The notes: generated by a model from the letters alone, not told the origin. A stretch of DNA of 64,000 bases from an uncultured Nitrospiraceae bacterium (GCA_963706325.1 CAVPLT010000002.1:128001-192000), one strand, 5' to 3'; shown: positions 41,660 through 52,882, counted from the first letter of the stretch. Translations and numbers: made by a program.

Positions 41660-41838
41660 AGTCGAGGCCAGAGGATAAGATGCCAGTAATTTGGCACCAA
41701 ACAATAGCAGGCGATACGCATGTTGGTACCGGTATGTGCCTGAGTCAGCGCGCCTATCGAAGAACGGCGGTCGTCCCGCGTGCCGGTTCAGAACGTGATA
41801 GACGAGATTTCAGAAGCAAGGCCTGGACGGCGAGGCAT
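41660..41838 (-). mobile_element. Degraded REP-associated tyrosine transposase (RAYT, IS200-like) 5' fragment
   Basis: MPRRP, NLVYHVLNR and MRIACYCLVPNYWHLILWP (HUH region) across frameshifts. Confidence 0.7.
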
Positions 41839-41935
41839 CGTGAATTGTTTGACGACACTGTTGAGCGCCGCGCAAGAAGAGAATCTCGATCCATTCTCGA
41901 TCCGTTCCTCTCCGTCGGATGGTTCTGGGGTTCAA

Positions 41936-41959
41936 ATGTTTGAGTGCAAGACCGGACTC
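41936..41959. repeat. REP-like motif copy (variant of TGTTTGATTGCAAGACCTGACCC)
   Basis: ATGTTTGAGTGCAAGACCGGACTC, about 100 bp upstream of the RAYT remnant. Confidence 0.55.
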
Positions 41960-41964
41960 AATAT

Positions 41965-43431
41965 TCACTCTGCTGACGAAAGCATTTCCCACCTGCGGAA
42001 AGTGTAGCGATAGGTTGCAACGGCGATGGCGAGCGCGACGAGGGTCAGGATCGCCGCGACTGCGAATGTGACCTGCATGCCGGTGGCAACGGCATCGGGA
42101 GGCGCCGCTGTGATGTCGACCGTCGACGATGCGGCCGCGAACACCGCGCCCATGACGGAAGCACCGGTGATGAGCCCGAGATTGCGGGACAGGTTGAGCA
42201 GGCCGGAAATGACGCCCCGCTGCTCCGGGCGAGTATCCGTCATGACGGCGGTGTTGTTGGCTGTCTGGAACAGCGCGTAGCCGACTGTGATGACGATGAG
42301 AGAGGCGGTGTAGCCATAGATTCCGAGCGACGCCGGTATCATGGATAGCATGAAGGCGCCGGCGGCTACTCCGATGAGCCCAAGGACGGTCATGCGTTGG
42401 GGGCCAAGGCGGTCCGCAAGGCGGCCGGCCGGCACACCGGTCAGCGCGGCGAAAAAAGGACCGATCGACAACACAAGTCCGATAAAAGCTGCGTTGAGCC
42501 CGAGCGTACGCGAGAGATAGAACGGCCCGACCACGAGCGTCGCCATCATGACCGTCGAGACGAGTGCGCTCATGGCGAGGCTCCCGCTCAGTACGGGATT
42601 GCGAAACATCGTCAATCTGATTAACGGTGATTCAGCCCTTGTCTCGGCGAACAGGAAGAGGCCGGCTCCGAATAGGGCGGCCGCCAGCAGGGCCATGTTG
42701 CGCGGTCCGAAGCTGCCGCGTCCCACCGTCATGGCGAGCGTATACGCTGCGAGCGTCAGAGTAAGCAGTAACGTACCCGCATAATCGAACCCGGCCTGAT
42801 CAGCCTTCTGCCGTTGACTATCAACGGGGAGGTGTCGATGCGCGAGAAGAAAAATCAGGAAACCCAGCGGCAGGTTGATCAGGAAGATGGCCCGCCAGCC
42901 AAATTCGGAAATCAAAATGCCGCCGAGCGATGGGCCGAGAGCAGTGCCGATCGCAGACATGGTCCCGAGCAACCCCATGGCGCTACCGACTTGTGCTTTG
43001 GGAACCGTCTCACCGACATATGCCATGGTGAGAGCCATCATGATGGCCGCTCCTAGACCCTGCGCCGCCCGGGCGGCAATCAGCAGCCAGAGCGTGTGAG
43101 CGACACCGCACATGACAGAGGCGACCGTAAACAGGAAGACGCCGATCAGGAGCAGCCGTCGGCGACCGGTCATGTCGCCGAGCCGGCCCACGCTGACGAT
43201 CACGGTCGTAATGGCGACGAGATACGCGATGACGACCCACTGGACCTGCTGAAAAGAGGCATTGAACGCCTGTGCCAGCGTCGGTAGGCTCACATTGGCG
43301 ATGCTCGTTCCGATCGAGGACAGCAGCATGGATAACGAAAGGCTGGCGAGTATCCACCGCATCGAAGGTTCCAGATCCGTCCTTCCGGCCTGTGCCACAT
43401 CTCGTCCTGCCATGATTCGTTTGAATCTCAT
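41965..43431 (-). CDS. MFS drug efflux transporter (DHA2-like)
   Basis: GRLGDMTGRRR motif A, WRAIFLINLP, about 14 TM segments; ATGA overlap with tpm. Confidence 0.9.
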   Translation of the reverse strand: MRFKRIMAGRDVAQAGRTDLEPSMRWILASLSLSMLLSSIGTSIANVSLPTLAQAFNASFQQVQWVVIAYLVAITTVIVSVGRLGDMTGRRRLLLIGVFLFTVASVMCGVAHTLWLLIAARAAQGLGAAIMMALTMAYVGETVPKAQVGSAMGLLGTMSAIGTALGPSLGGILISEFGWRAIFLINLPLGFLIFLLAHRHLPVDSQRQKADQAGFDYAGTLLLTLTLAAYTLAMTVGRGSFGPRNMALLAAALFGAGLFLFAETRAESPLIRLTMFRNPVLSGSLAMSALVSTVMMATLVVGPFYLSRTLGLNAAFIGLVLSIGPFFAALTGVPAGRLADRLGPQRMTVLGLIGVAAGAFMLSMIPASLGIYGYTASLIVITVGYALFQTANNTAVMTDTRPEQRGVISGLLNLSRNLGLITGASVMGAVFAAASSTVDITAAPPDAVATGMQVTFAVAAILTLVALAIAVATYRYTFRRWEMLSSAE

Positions 43432-44069
43432 TGGTCCTTTCGCAGCAGCCACACATGTTCGGTCGCCGCACATTTTCCCTTGAGCCCACCGGGCACATCT
43501 GCGCTGGTGAGGAGGCTTAACTGGTATCGATGCGCATAGTGTCGACGGACTTCCTCGGGGCTGACTGAGAAAGGAGGGCCTTCCGCCGCGCGTTGGTCGT
43601 ACTCGTAACAAATGAGCAACTGCGGCGCGTGATCCGTTATGTCCGTGACATGCGCCGCGTAGCGACTGCGAATGGTCTCCGGAAGAGCTACCAGCGCGGC
43701 CCTGTCATACATCGCATCAACCTGACCCAGCATCGTTCTCGTCACATCGAAGATATCGCCGACGAAGATGTCGATGTTGTTCGCATGGTAGTGGTCCATT
43801 CCACCGCTCTTCTCGATCGTGGGTGTTATCCCGAGTTCCGCGAACAGTTGGTCAATGGCGATTGAGCTCAATTCAGCTCCGGCAACCAGGTAGCCGTTGG
43901 ACAGCAGCCACGGTATATCCAGCGTTTTCCCGCACAAGGGCACAAAGACCCGGCTGCCTTTCGCCAGAGCCAGTTCTTTGAAATACTTCACCAGCAGCGG
44001 GTTGGCTTCACCCTTGTGAAACCCGATCTCATTGCTCGCCCACCTGTCATGCCAAAATTGTGTATCCAT
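43428..44069 (-). CDS. tpm: Thiopurine S-methyltransferase
   Basis: FWHDRW..IGFH, VFVPLCGKTLD, YDRAALVALP, GPPFSV. Confidence 0.93.
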   Translation of the reverse strand: MDTQFWHDRWASNEIGFHKGEANPLLVKYFKELALAKGSRVFVPLCGKTLDIPWLLSNGYLVAGAELSSIAIDQLFAELGITPTIEKSGGMDHYHANNIDIFVGDIFDVTRTMLGQVDAMYDRAALVALPETIRSRYAAHVTDITDHAPQLLICYEYDQRAAEGPPFSVSPEEVRRHYAHRYQLSLLTSADVPGGLKGKCAATEHVWLLRKDQ

Positions 44070-44236
44070 AATCAGCGACCTCTCTGTGAAGTGACTCGCA
44101 CACTTCTGTTCCAACGAATCACGCCTCGAATGGTTGTGAGTATAGCCTTCTGAATGACATGGCGGAAGGCGCATCATCTGCACTTTATTCGTGCGCGAGA
44201 CGCCACATCCAGATCAAGCTGTGATATGGTCGGCGC

Positions 44237-45133
44237 ATGCCCAAACCAGATCTCAATCTGCTGCTCACCCTGGATGTCTTACTAACGGAAGGTAGTGTGG
44301 CTCGCGCCGCCAGACGTCTGCGGCTAAGCCCCTCGGCGATGAGCAGGGCGTTGACGAGACTGCGTACGACGACGGGAGACCCACTTTTGGTGAGGGCCGG
44401 CCGCGGTCTCGTACCCACCCCCCGGGCGGTCGAACTTCGCGAGCGGGTCAGTCAGGTCGTGCAGGAGGGGCAAGCGGTGCTGCGCCCTGCGGAGAAGCTC
44501 GATCTTACACAACTGGTCCGAACGTTCACACTACGGACCAGCGAAGGCTTCGTGGAAAACTTCGGGGCCTATCTCATTGCGCATGTCGGCGCGGAAGCTC
44601 CCGGCGTGCGACTGCACTTCCTGCAGAAGGCCAATAAGGACAGCGCGCCACTTCGCGACGGTGCTGTCGATCTCGAAACCGGTGTGGTCGAGAAGACGAC
44701 TGCGCAGGAGTTGCGTGTTCAAGCATTGTTCCGGGACCGTCTCATCGGCGTCGTGCGAACGGGGCACCCGCTGAGCAAGGGCAAGATCACGCCTTCCCGA
44801 TACGCCGGGAGCAGGCATATTTGCGTCTCGCGGCAGGGGCTTGAGAAGGGGCCGATCGAGGAAGCATTGCAGAGGCTCGGCTTGGAACGGGAAGTTGTCA
44901 CGATCGTCGGCGGCTTCGCGACGGCGATCGCTCTCGCGAGGGGCTCAGACCTGGTCGCCACAGTTCCCGAACGACATACGGGAATCTTGCGCGCCGGCAT
45001 GCAAAGTTTTTCGCTTCCGGTCTCCACGCCAGAGTTCACGGTGTCGTTGCTCTGGCATCCACGTCTCGATGCCGATCTTGCGCATCGCTGGCTGCGCGGC
45101 CACGTCCGGCAGATCTGCGCGGCGATCCGCTGA
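44237..45133 (+). CDS. LysR family transcriptional regulator
   Basis: DLNLLLTLDVLL..SVARAARRL..SAMSRAL HTH; divergent from tpm. Confidence 0.95.
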   Translation: MPKPDLNLLLTLDVLLTEGSVARAARRLRLSPSAMSRALTRLRTTTGDPLLVRAGRGLVPTPRAVELRERVSQVVQEGQAVLRPAEKLDLTQLVRTFTLRTSEGFVENFGAYLIAHVGAEAPGVRLHFLQKANKDSAPLRDGAVDLETGVVEKTTAQELRVQALFRDRLIGVVRTGHPLSKGKITPSRYAGSRHICVSRQGLEKGPIEEALQRLGLEREVVTIVGGFATAIALARGSDLVATVPERHTGILRAGMQSFSLPVSTPEFTVSLLWHPRLDADLAHRWLRGHVRQICAAIR

Positions 45134-45221
45134 CGGGACAGGCTCCTGCCGTCAGCGGATGACGCGGTAGACAGAGGGATCGTCACCAAAGAGGGGATAG
45201 CAAGGCGTCAATCTGCCGCGA

Positions 45222-45911
45222 TTACGAATTGTCTTTTTCCATGGAGTCAATGAACGAATCCGCTTCTTGAATGGACGCATTTAGGTCCTTGATCAGGGAT
45301 TGGATGTTCCCTTCCACCGTGACCAATTCGCTCTTGAGTGAGGCAATGGCCTGCGCGTTCAAGTTATGCTTCAAGAACAGCACATGGTCTTTGAGCTTCG
45401 CCAGGACCGGGTCCATTTTCCCCTCCGCCCGTTTCATGGCTTTGATCAATTGGGCATACTGACTGCGCGTTTGGGTGAGCTGCTTCTGGCTTTTCTGGCG
45501 CAATGCCGCGCTGGAGTATTGCTTGAGTTCAGCCGTCCATTCCTCAAATAACGCATCCGACACATTTTCAACCGACGCAATGCGATCCCGCACGGCTTGG
45601 GCTCTCTTTTCACTCTGCAGATATTCTTCGTTCAGCACATCGTACTTGTCCTGTAATTCTCCGCCCTGAACATTCAAGGTCTTGGTGAAGCGATCAAGGG
45701 CCGACTTGAACTGCTCTTTGGCGTCCTGTTGGGCGTCACGGGCTTTTTTGACATCGCTCACCATCAGGTCGCGCTTGTGGTACCCCAGTTTTTCCATCGT
45801 TTCATAATAGGCTGTCTGGCAGCCGGACCCAGTGAGGCTGATCAGGACGAGTCCGCAACTCAGCGCGAGCGGTAAGAGCCTGTGAAAACAGAGGGGGTGC
45901 CGAACGTTCAT
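45222..45911 (-). CDS. DUF2959 family lipoprotein
   Basis: GC lipobox, YYETMEKLGYHKRD, LFLKHNLNAQAI. Confidence 0.85.
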   Translation of the reverse strand: MNVRHPLCFHRLLPLALSCGLVLISLTGSGCQTAYYETMEKLGYHKRDLMVSDVKKARDAQQDAKEQFKSALDRFTKTLNVQGGELQDKYDVLNEEYLQSEKRAQAVRDRIASVENVSDALFEEWTAELKQYSSAALRQKSQKQLTQTRSQYAQLIKAMKRAEGKMDPVLAKLKDHVLFLKHNLNAQAIASLKSELVTVEGNIQSLIKDLNASIQEADSFIDSMEKDNS

Positions 45912-46295
45912 GATGCCATCCTTGTCCAGAGCTTTATCCGCCGGACGGTAAGCCGGGAACCGAGTGCGACTGCCGGCGTATGTAATGATCGTTAAAGTGA
46001 ATCCATCGTTTGAGATCGATGGTGTGTCAGCTGATACTCTACCAGACCGATCACGCATCTGCTATTCGGTTCAGCTAGCTCCCAGATCAGCTAGGCGCAC
46101 CTGCGCTCTCCGTTATTCGTCGCATGCCGCGTCGTGATGGATCGCGCGACCATCGGTTTTTTCTTGAGGGAACACCAATCCCAAGTCTGAAACGTAGACA
46201 TAGGAGAATGAATCCTGGCATCCTTCGGCGGTCAGGTCTATTGCCTGATCTCGCGTCCGTGCTGGATGCGTTTCCAGAGAAAAGGAGTCAAGAAT

Positions 46296-46742
46296 ATGTC
46301 GAGCAATACTGTCCGTCTTCATCGCGTACTTCGCGCAACACCAGAACGCGTTTACCGGGCGTTCCTTGATGCGGATGCTATGGCCAAATGGCTGCCGCCG
46401 AACGGATTCACCGGCAAAGTGCACCAGATGGACCCCAAGGTGGGCGGCACCTACAAGATGTCGTTCACGAACTTCACTTCCGGCAAGAGCATTTCGTTCG
46501 GAGGAAAATATCTTGAGCTGGTGCCGTACGAACGCCTGCGTTACACGGATATATTCGACGACCCGAATCTCCCCGGAGAAATCCAGGTGACAATCACGTT
46601 GAAGAAAGTGTCTTGCGGGACGGAGATGACGGCTGTGCAGGAAGGTATCCCTGACGTGATTCCCGTTGAATCCTGTTATCTGGGCTGGCAGGAATCGCTG
46701 ATCCTTCTCGCGAAACTCGTCGAAGCGGAGATTCCTGATTAG
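46296..46742 (+). CDS. SRPBCC (Aha1-like) family protein
   Basis: LHRVLRATPERVYRAFLD..KWLPP, CYLGWQESL. Confidence 0.9.
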   Translation: MSSNTVRLHRVLRATPERVYRAFLDADAMAKWLPPNGFTGKVHQMDPKVGGTYKMSFTNFTSGKSISFGGKYLELVPYERLRYTDIFDDPNLPGEIQVTITLKKVSCGTEMTAVQEGIPDVIPVESCYLGWQESLILLAKLVEAEIPD

Positions 46743-47317
46743 AACCGGTTGTGGCAGGTGAGGCATGTTCCGGCGTGAGGCTCGGACATGCCTGCATTGC
46801 GTATCGTTGCCCCAGAGTGGATCTCTGCCTAGCGGCTGAGCCACAGGATTTTTCGCAACATGATGCCCGTCATTGAGCGCTATGCAAGACTTCCCTGCGG
46901 TACTGGGTAACTGATGGCCATCGGTCAGCCTCGTTCCACATGCCACACAGCGCAGTCCTTTTTCATGCGCCGTCCCCCCTATCACAGGCTTTTGCCACAT
47001 GTGAGGCAATTGATCACGGCGAAGACAACATCTCAATTCAATTTTGGTGGACGTGTAACTCACACGCGAGGATGTGGCCCCAGCTGCTAGGGACCATAGA
47101 AAACAGGTCCCCATTCGGAAGTGGAGCTGGTCACGACTTCCCCCTGTAGCTGTCAAATGTCCCTCGACCAGGGCTTTGCCCAGTCACAATCGAGGCGGCT
47201 CCTCTCTATCCTCAGCAACAGGGAACGATATCTACGCGTGGGCCTTCAATCCCTCCGGCCTTCACGCTCCTAACAGCTATCCTCCACTCGAAACCTTCTA
47301 CTTATTCAAGGAGCCAT

Positions 47318-48292
47318 ATGGAAATCACAAGAACAGTAGGTGAATGGAATATCGGCGAGTCGCGCATACGATGGAGTGCCGTGTTCGCCGGATTCGTCGT
47401 CGGCGTCTCGGTACAGATGGTCTTGACTCTGTTGGGGCTGGCCATCGGCGCCTGGTCAGTGGACTTGCATGAATCGCAACCGGCGCAGGGAATTCCTCTT
47501 GGTACAGGTATCTGGACAGCTTTGTCGATGTTGATCTCCGCCTTCGCGGGAGGTTTTGTCACGGCGCATCTTTCAGGGGCCCCTCTGCGTTCGGACGGAA
47601 TGTACCACGCAGCGGTCGTGTGGGGTGTGACGTGGCTGCTCTTTACGTGGCTCACCACGACAGCCATGGCGACGGTGATCGGCGGATTATTCAGCGCATT
47701 CGGGTCGGGCCTTCAGTCAGTCGGCCAAGCAGCCGGGCAAGGGATCAGCACAGCTGTATCTAAGGTAGCGGACAAAACTGAGGCGAATACCAACATCACT
47801 TCTGAAGGACTGAAAAAACAAATCGAATCCATTTTGCAGGCGACACAGAAACAGGAGTTGCAGCCTGGCGAGGTGAAGAAAGACGCGGGAAAGGTCACGG
47901 ATCAGGCACAGGGCGGCAAGCCCCTCAGTCAGGTGACTGATGCGGGAGTGACTGAGCTGAAAGAAAAGCTGTCCGCGCTGGACAAGGATGCCGCGATCAA
48001 TGTCATGGTCACTAAGTTCGGTATGTCCAAGACGCAGGCGCAGGAGGTCGTGCAATCTTCTATCGGCATGATTGAGCCGTTGAAGGAAAAGGCACAGGAC
48101 GTAAAAGAAAAGTCTGTGGCAATGGCGGATACGACCATAAAGAACTTGGCCTCCGCAGCCTGGTGGATGTTTGTGTTGGCTATGCTCTCTCTCGGCGCCA
48201 CGCTCGGCGGCGGTGCATTGGGCATTTCCCAAGAATCCAGGATGGTAATCGAAGGGCGACCAGGTCTGAGACCGGCCCACGCGGGCGTGTAG
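47318..48292 (+). CDS. Hypothetical membrane protein with coiled-coil insert
   Basis: SRIRWSAVFAG N-terminus, TM helices, K/E/Q-rich middle, C-terminal TM. Confidence 0.8.
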   Translation: MEITRTVGEWNIGESRIRWSAVFAGFVVGVSVQMVLTLLGLAIGAWSVDLHESQPAQGIPLGTGIWTALSMLISAFAGGFVTAHLSGAPLRSDGMYHAAVVWGVTWLLFTWLTTTAMATVIGGLFSAFGSGLQSVGQAAGQGISTAVSKVADKTEANTNITSEGLKKQIESILQATQKQELQPGEVKKDAGKVTDQAQGGKPLSQVTDAGVTELKEKLSALDKDAAINVMVTKFGMSKTQAQEVVQSSIGMIEPLKEKAQDVKEKSVAMADTTIKNLASAAWWMFVLAMLSLGATLGGGALGISQESRMVIEGRPGLRPAHAGV

Positions 48293-48880
48293 GGCGGACG
48301 GATCGATGGAATGAGGGGCGGGGAGGGACCTATATCCTCCCCGCTTGTTCATTATAAATTGATGGAGGTGTAATAGCCGACCTGCCAGGCCTTCAAACTG
48401 CTTCTGAGTCTAGCCAGGCGCAGAGTTCAGAAACGACCAGCACTTTGCCTTCTGAGAATAAGAACCGCCGCAGTCCTCCTTCGTTAAGCCACGCGCATCC
48501 CCTCCGGTGGATCGAACAAATATCCCGTCACAAACCCGCTCTGCCAGATGAAAATACTTCGTCCAATACTTGGTCCTTGGCCAGCCTCGTTGGCGATGCC
48601 CGGCTCATCGCATACAGCGCGTATTTCACCGCCAAGGCCTCCTCATGCCCGCGGCCGCACCGGCGCCGGAGCGCGTCAAGTCTGACGCCGGAAGTACTGC
48701 TTCGTCGCTGGCGCCGGAACCTTTAGCGCTCCTGAGCCTCCGTTTGACACAGTCATCCGCGTCCATGGGCGCCGAATCCCCTCGCTCAGCGGTATCAGCT
48801 TTGTGAAAGTTCAAGATGGAGATGCTTCGATGGGACCTGGTGGACCCTGGTTTCAGGCGGAAGAGGGCTGAGGACTAAGG

Positions 48881-49907
48881 TTATTTAGATGGGATGGTTT
48901 TCAGCGGAGCGGCCGTGGAGTCACGATTGATTGAGGGCTCTTTGGCCGATTTGGCCTGAGTGCGGAAACGGGCAGGGGGGAGGCCGAAACAACGTTTGAA
49001 GGCGCGATTGAATGAGGGCTCGGACTCATACCCGATGTCGCCGGCGACCTCGGCCACGCTCTTGGACGTGGACGTTAAGAGTCGTGCGGCAAGCTGCAGC
49101 CGCCAGCGGGTGAGGTAGCCGATCGGGGTGTCCGACAGATAGTGCTGGAACCGTTCGGCGAGCACGGAGCGGGAGATCCCCACCTCGGCGGCGAGCGCGG
49201 CGATGGTCCAGGGCCGAGCCGGCTCTCGATGCAGGCGCGCCAGCGCTTTGCCCACTTCCGGATCGCGAACCCCGGCAAGCCATCCTGTCTGACTAGGCGG
49301 TAACTGCGCAACGTAGTGTCGCAACGTTTCCACGAACAACGCTTCGGATAACTTGGCGATGACCGCGGCGCTGCCGGGGCCGGAGCTCTCCGCGTGAGCG
49401 ACGGAATAGCGGAGCGTGTCTTCCAGCCACTGTCCCGACGGCGTATCGCGGATATTGACCTTGAGCATCGCAGGCAGCCCGGCCAGGAAGACCCCGCTGA
49501 GTTGCGCGTCGCAGGTCATATACCCGCAGATCAGCCTCGTGAGTTCACCTCCCCCGCCGAGCTGGGACAGCACGCGTCCTTCCGCAAGGATCTGTCGGAG
49601 TTGCTGGGAGGTGTCCACCGGTGTGACGGGAGGGCCGTTTCCCATGAGGTGTGCATCCCCATGCGGGAGAATCATGATGTCGCCGGCCGTCAGCGGCACG
49701 GTGCGGTCTTCCTGTTCGAGGCGAGCATAGCCCCGTCCTTCGAGAACCAAATGAAAGATGATGATGTGCTTGGCTTGCGTCGACAGGTACGACGCCATGG
49801 TCCCGGCGTCTGGTTCTCGAGACACACCAGGGCGCGGCAAATTCACCGTTGAAGAACACCGCGCCGTCGAGTTTTACGGCCTTCAGCACTTCAGACAGCA
49901 CGTCCAT
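48881..49907 (-). pseudogene. AraC family regulator with cupin N-terminal domain, one frameshift
   Basis: MDVLSEVL...FAAPWC in one frame; REPD...YLTRWRL..GYESEPSFNRAFKR in another. One extra base near 49820. Confidence 0.85.
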
Positions 49908-50102
49908 GACATTTCCCTCGGCGAGAGCGGAAGGTCCGCAAAGAATTCCGGACGCTCGGATAAGCGGCCTGCAGCTTAACATTCTCCTGATAAGAGAGCC
50001 AGACGCGCTGATAAGACTCGAAACGCCCTCTGTCCTATAGTGCGGCCAGACAGGACGCAGCACAAGGTACCAGGACTAGAGACCACACAGCGGAGGGAGA
50101 CC

Positions 50103-50924
50103 ATGACGACGAACACGGTAGTGCAGGAAATGGATGGCTTGAAGACGCGTCTCAATACCATTTGGGCGGCAGGGGACTACGATCGTTTCTCGCGGTACAT
50201 GGAAGGCGGCGCGCGGGAGTTTTATGAGCGACTCCAGCTCGCGCCGGGATGCCGGCTGTTGGACGTGGGATGCGGCTCCGGTCAACTCGCGTTGATCGCG
50301 GCGAAGGACGGCCTGGAGGTGACGGGAGTGGACATCGCCGCCAACTGGGTCGAGCGGGCGCAAGCCCGAGCCCGCGCGGAAGGGGTGCCTGCTCGATTCG
50401 AAGTGGCCGATGCCGAAGCGCTTCCGTTCGAAGCAGCCAGCTTTGATGCCGTGGCGAGTCTGATCGGCGCGATGTTTGCGCCGCGTCCTGATCTGGTGGC
50501 GAAGGAACTGTTGCGGGTGTGCACACCCGGAGGAACCCTCGCCATGGCCAACTGGACGGCGGAGGGATTTGTCGGACAGATGTTCAAGAACGTCGCAAAA
50601 TTCATTGGCCCGTCCGGGATGCCGTCGCCCGTCTTGTGGGGAGACGAAGGCACAGTTCGAGAACGTCTGGGTCACGGACTGTCCACGCTCAGCTTGACCA
50701 AGCGGCAGTACCTCTTCAGCTATCCTTTTGGGCCCTCGGAGGTTGTGGAATTCTTTCGTCTCTACTACGGCCCGACCAACCAGGCATTTGCGTCTCTCGA
50801 CGCCGAGGGGCAAGCGGATTTGCGCAAGGATCTGGAGGCGCTCTGGACTGCCCACAATCAGGCAGGGCCGGATTGCACGACGGTGTACGGCGAATATCTG
50901 GAAGTCATCGGTATTCGGGCATAA
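50103..50924 (+). CDS. Class I SAM-dependent methyltransferase
   Basis: LLDVGCGSG, ADAEALPF, GAMFAP. Confidence 0.9.
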   Translation: MTTNTVVQEMDGLKTRLNTIWAAGDYDRFSRYMEGGAREFYERLQLAPGCRLLDVGCGSGQLALIAAKDGLEVTGVDIAANWVERAQARARAEGVPARFEVADAEALPFEAASFDAVASLIGAMFAPRPDLVAKELLRVCTPGGTLAMANWTAEGFVGQMFKNVAKFIGPSGMPSPVLWGDEGTVRERLGHGLSTLSLTKRQYLFSYPFGPSEVVEFFRLYYGPTNQAFASLDAEGQADLRKDLEALWTAHNQAGPDCTTVYGEYLEVIGIRA

Positions 50925-50956
50925 GACACGCATCACTCATACAAAGGAGACTCACC

Positions 50957-51301
50957 ATGGCGACCGCAATCACAACCGAGACGGACCAAAAGACGAGCCT
51001 GTATGACATCACGAATCTGGACAAGATGAAGACTCTAGGAACACATGCTCCCGAAGCGATGAAGGCGTTCGTGGCTTTCGATAAGGCCGCGCTGGCGGGC
51101 GGGGCGATTCCGGTGAAGTACAAGGAGTTGATGGCCTTGGCCGTGGCCTTCACGACGCAATGTCCCTACTGCATCGAACTGCATGCGAATAAGGCCAGAG
51201 AGCAGGGAGCGTCGGATCCGGAGATCGCTGAATCGGTGCTCGTGGCAGCGGCCTTGCGGGCCGGCGGGGCAATCACGCACGGCACCCACGCGATGAAGTA
51301 A
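50957..51301 (+). CDS. Carboxymuconolactone decarboxylase / AhpD family protein
   Basis: KELMALAVA..QCPYCIELH motif; AAGGAG RBS. Confidence 0.9.
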   Translation: MATAITTETDQKTSLYDITNLDKMKTLGTHAPEAMKAFVAFDKAALAGGAIPVKYKELMALAVAFTTQCPYCIELHANKAREQGASDPEIAESVLVAAALRAGGAITHGTHAMK

Positions 51302-51314
51302 ATATGACGGGGCC

Positions 51315-51339
51315 GGCGGGCCGACATGGTCGGCCCGCC
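51315..51339 (+). terminator. GC-rich stem-loop after the AhpD gene
   Basis: GGCGGGCCGAC-ATG-GTCGGCCCGCC, a perfect 11-bp stem; no U-tract, so function is uncertain. Confidence 0.45.
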
Positions 51340-51439
51340 ATGCATCTGACAAGGTCCATGACGCTGACACCGATGCCGGAGGCTCTACCCTCGGTAAAGA
51401 CACAGTGAATCCGTTTTCACAATCGAAGAGGAGACCACC

Positions 51440-52615
51440 ATGAACCTATATAAACTGTTTGCGTTGACCCTGGGGTTGTTGCTCGCATGCTCCAATTTGG
51501 CATCGGCGGAAATCCTGGCCTTGCTCAATTATGAGAGCAAGCCGGACCAGCTGGTGCGGCGCGAGGGGATTGCGATCATGGACATCGACCCCGAGTCCGG
51601 GAACTTCGGGAAGATTCTGATGGAGATTCCACTGCCGCCCGATCTCGTGGCGCACCATATTTTCTTCAATCGGGATCGGAGCAAAGCCTATATCACGGCA
51701 TTGGGGAAAAGCATTCTGCACGTGGTGAATCTGAGGGCGTTTCCCTACCGGCTTCAGGCGATCGATGTGCCGGATTGTCAGATGGGGGAGGATCTTGCCG
51801 TGTCGGAGGATAATCGAACCTGGTACCTGACCTGCATGGGCTCGAACAACGTCATCATGGGGGATGCGCTCCTCGATAAACCGATCAAAACGATCAGCGC
51901 CGTGAAGCCAGCACTGGCGACGATTCAGTATCCGCACGGCATTGCGATTCACAATGGCATCGACCGCGTCTTGGTGACCAGTACGGTCAAGCCGGATATG
52001 TCCGATGCGGGAGAGTCGATCACCGTGCTAGAGGCCGCCAGCGGCAGAGTGCTCTCGACGCACAAGGTCTCATCGAAACCCTCTCCGGCGAAATCGGCTC
52101 CCGTTGAAGTCATGTTCAGTCCCAACTCGAATCCTCCCGCGGTGCATATCACCAACATGCTCGAAGGAACGTTGTGGGCAGGCATATGGGATCCGTCCAG
52201 CAAGGGATTTTCGTTCCATCAGGTTGATGACTTTGGCTCACGGCAGCAGGGCATGCCGCTCGAAATGCTCTATAACGCCAAGGGGGACCGCCTGTTCGTC
52301 ACCACGGCCAAACCGGGGTTCGTCAATCTGTACGACAACAGCGATCCCCGGCAACCGAAGTTTCTCAAGACGATCGCCGCAGCGGCCGGCGCGCACCATA
52401 GCGTGCTGTCGCCTGACGAGCGATACCTGTTCGTCCAGAACAGCTTCCTCAATCTGGAAGGCATGAGCGATGGTTCCATCACGGTGATCGACCTGAAGGC
52501 GGACAAAGTTTTGGGGAGCATTGACACGCTGAAGGCGCAGGGGTTCAATCCCAACTGCATCATGCTGCTGCCGATTCAGCCAGGCGACTTGCGGGCAAGC
52601 CGGGCCATCGAGTGA
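51440..52615 (+). CDS. Secreted YncE-like beta-propeller protein
   Basis: Signal peptide; repeated blades (AHHIFF, PHGIA, AHHSVLSPD, SITVIDL). Confidence 0.8.
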   Translation: MNLYKLFALTLGLLLACSNLASAEILALLNYESKPDQLVRREGIAIMDIDPESGNFGKILMEIPLPPDLVAHHIFFNRDRSKAYITALGKSILHVVNLRAFPYRLQAIDVPDCQMGEDLAVSEDNRTWYLTCMGSNNVIMGDALLDKPIKTISAVKPALATIQYPHGIAIHNGIDRVLVTSTVKPDMSDAGESITVLEAASGRVLSTHKVSSKPSPAKSAPVEVMFSPNSNPPAVHITNMLEGTLWAGIWDPSSKGFSFHQVDDFGSRQQGMPLEMLYNAKGDRLFVTTAKPGFVNLYDNSDPRQPKFLKTIAAAAGAHHSVLSPDERYLFVQNSFLNLEGMSDGSITVIDLKADKVLGSIDTLKAQGFNPNCIMLLPIQPGDLRASRAIE

Positions 52616-52882
52616 GCCGACGGAGAACGGTCTGATGAAAGAAAGCCCGACGAGTACGGCGGGGGCCCTGTCTCCGTCGTACTTGCCGCATGCCAGTAGG
52701 GTGACGAAGGATGGGATGCTTCACTTTAATGTCCATCGAGCCACGCATGGTGACGGTCACGATGGTGTTTTGCTGCAGATCCAGTTTGTTGGGGAGATTT
52801 CCTGTGGAGCAGTGGGGCGAGCGGAGGTGTCTGAATGAGATCACCAAGAGTCGTGAATGATTGCCCATGGGCGAAAGGCCGA

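Noticed and set aside
46113..47156. 347-aa minus-strand ORF
   Set aside because: Overlaps the clear SRPBCC gene in antisense and has no motifs.
48445..48814. Possible degraded gene fragment
   Set aside because: I could not assign any family with confidence.
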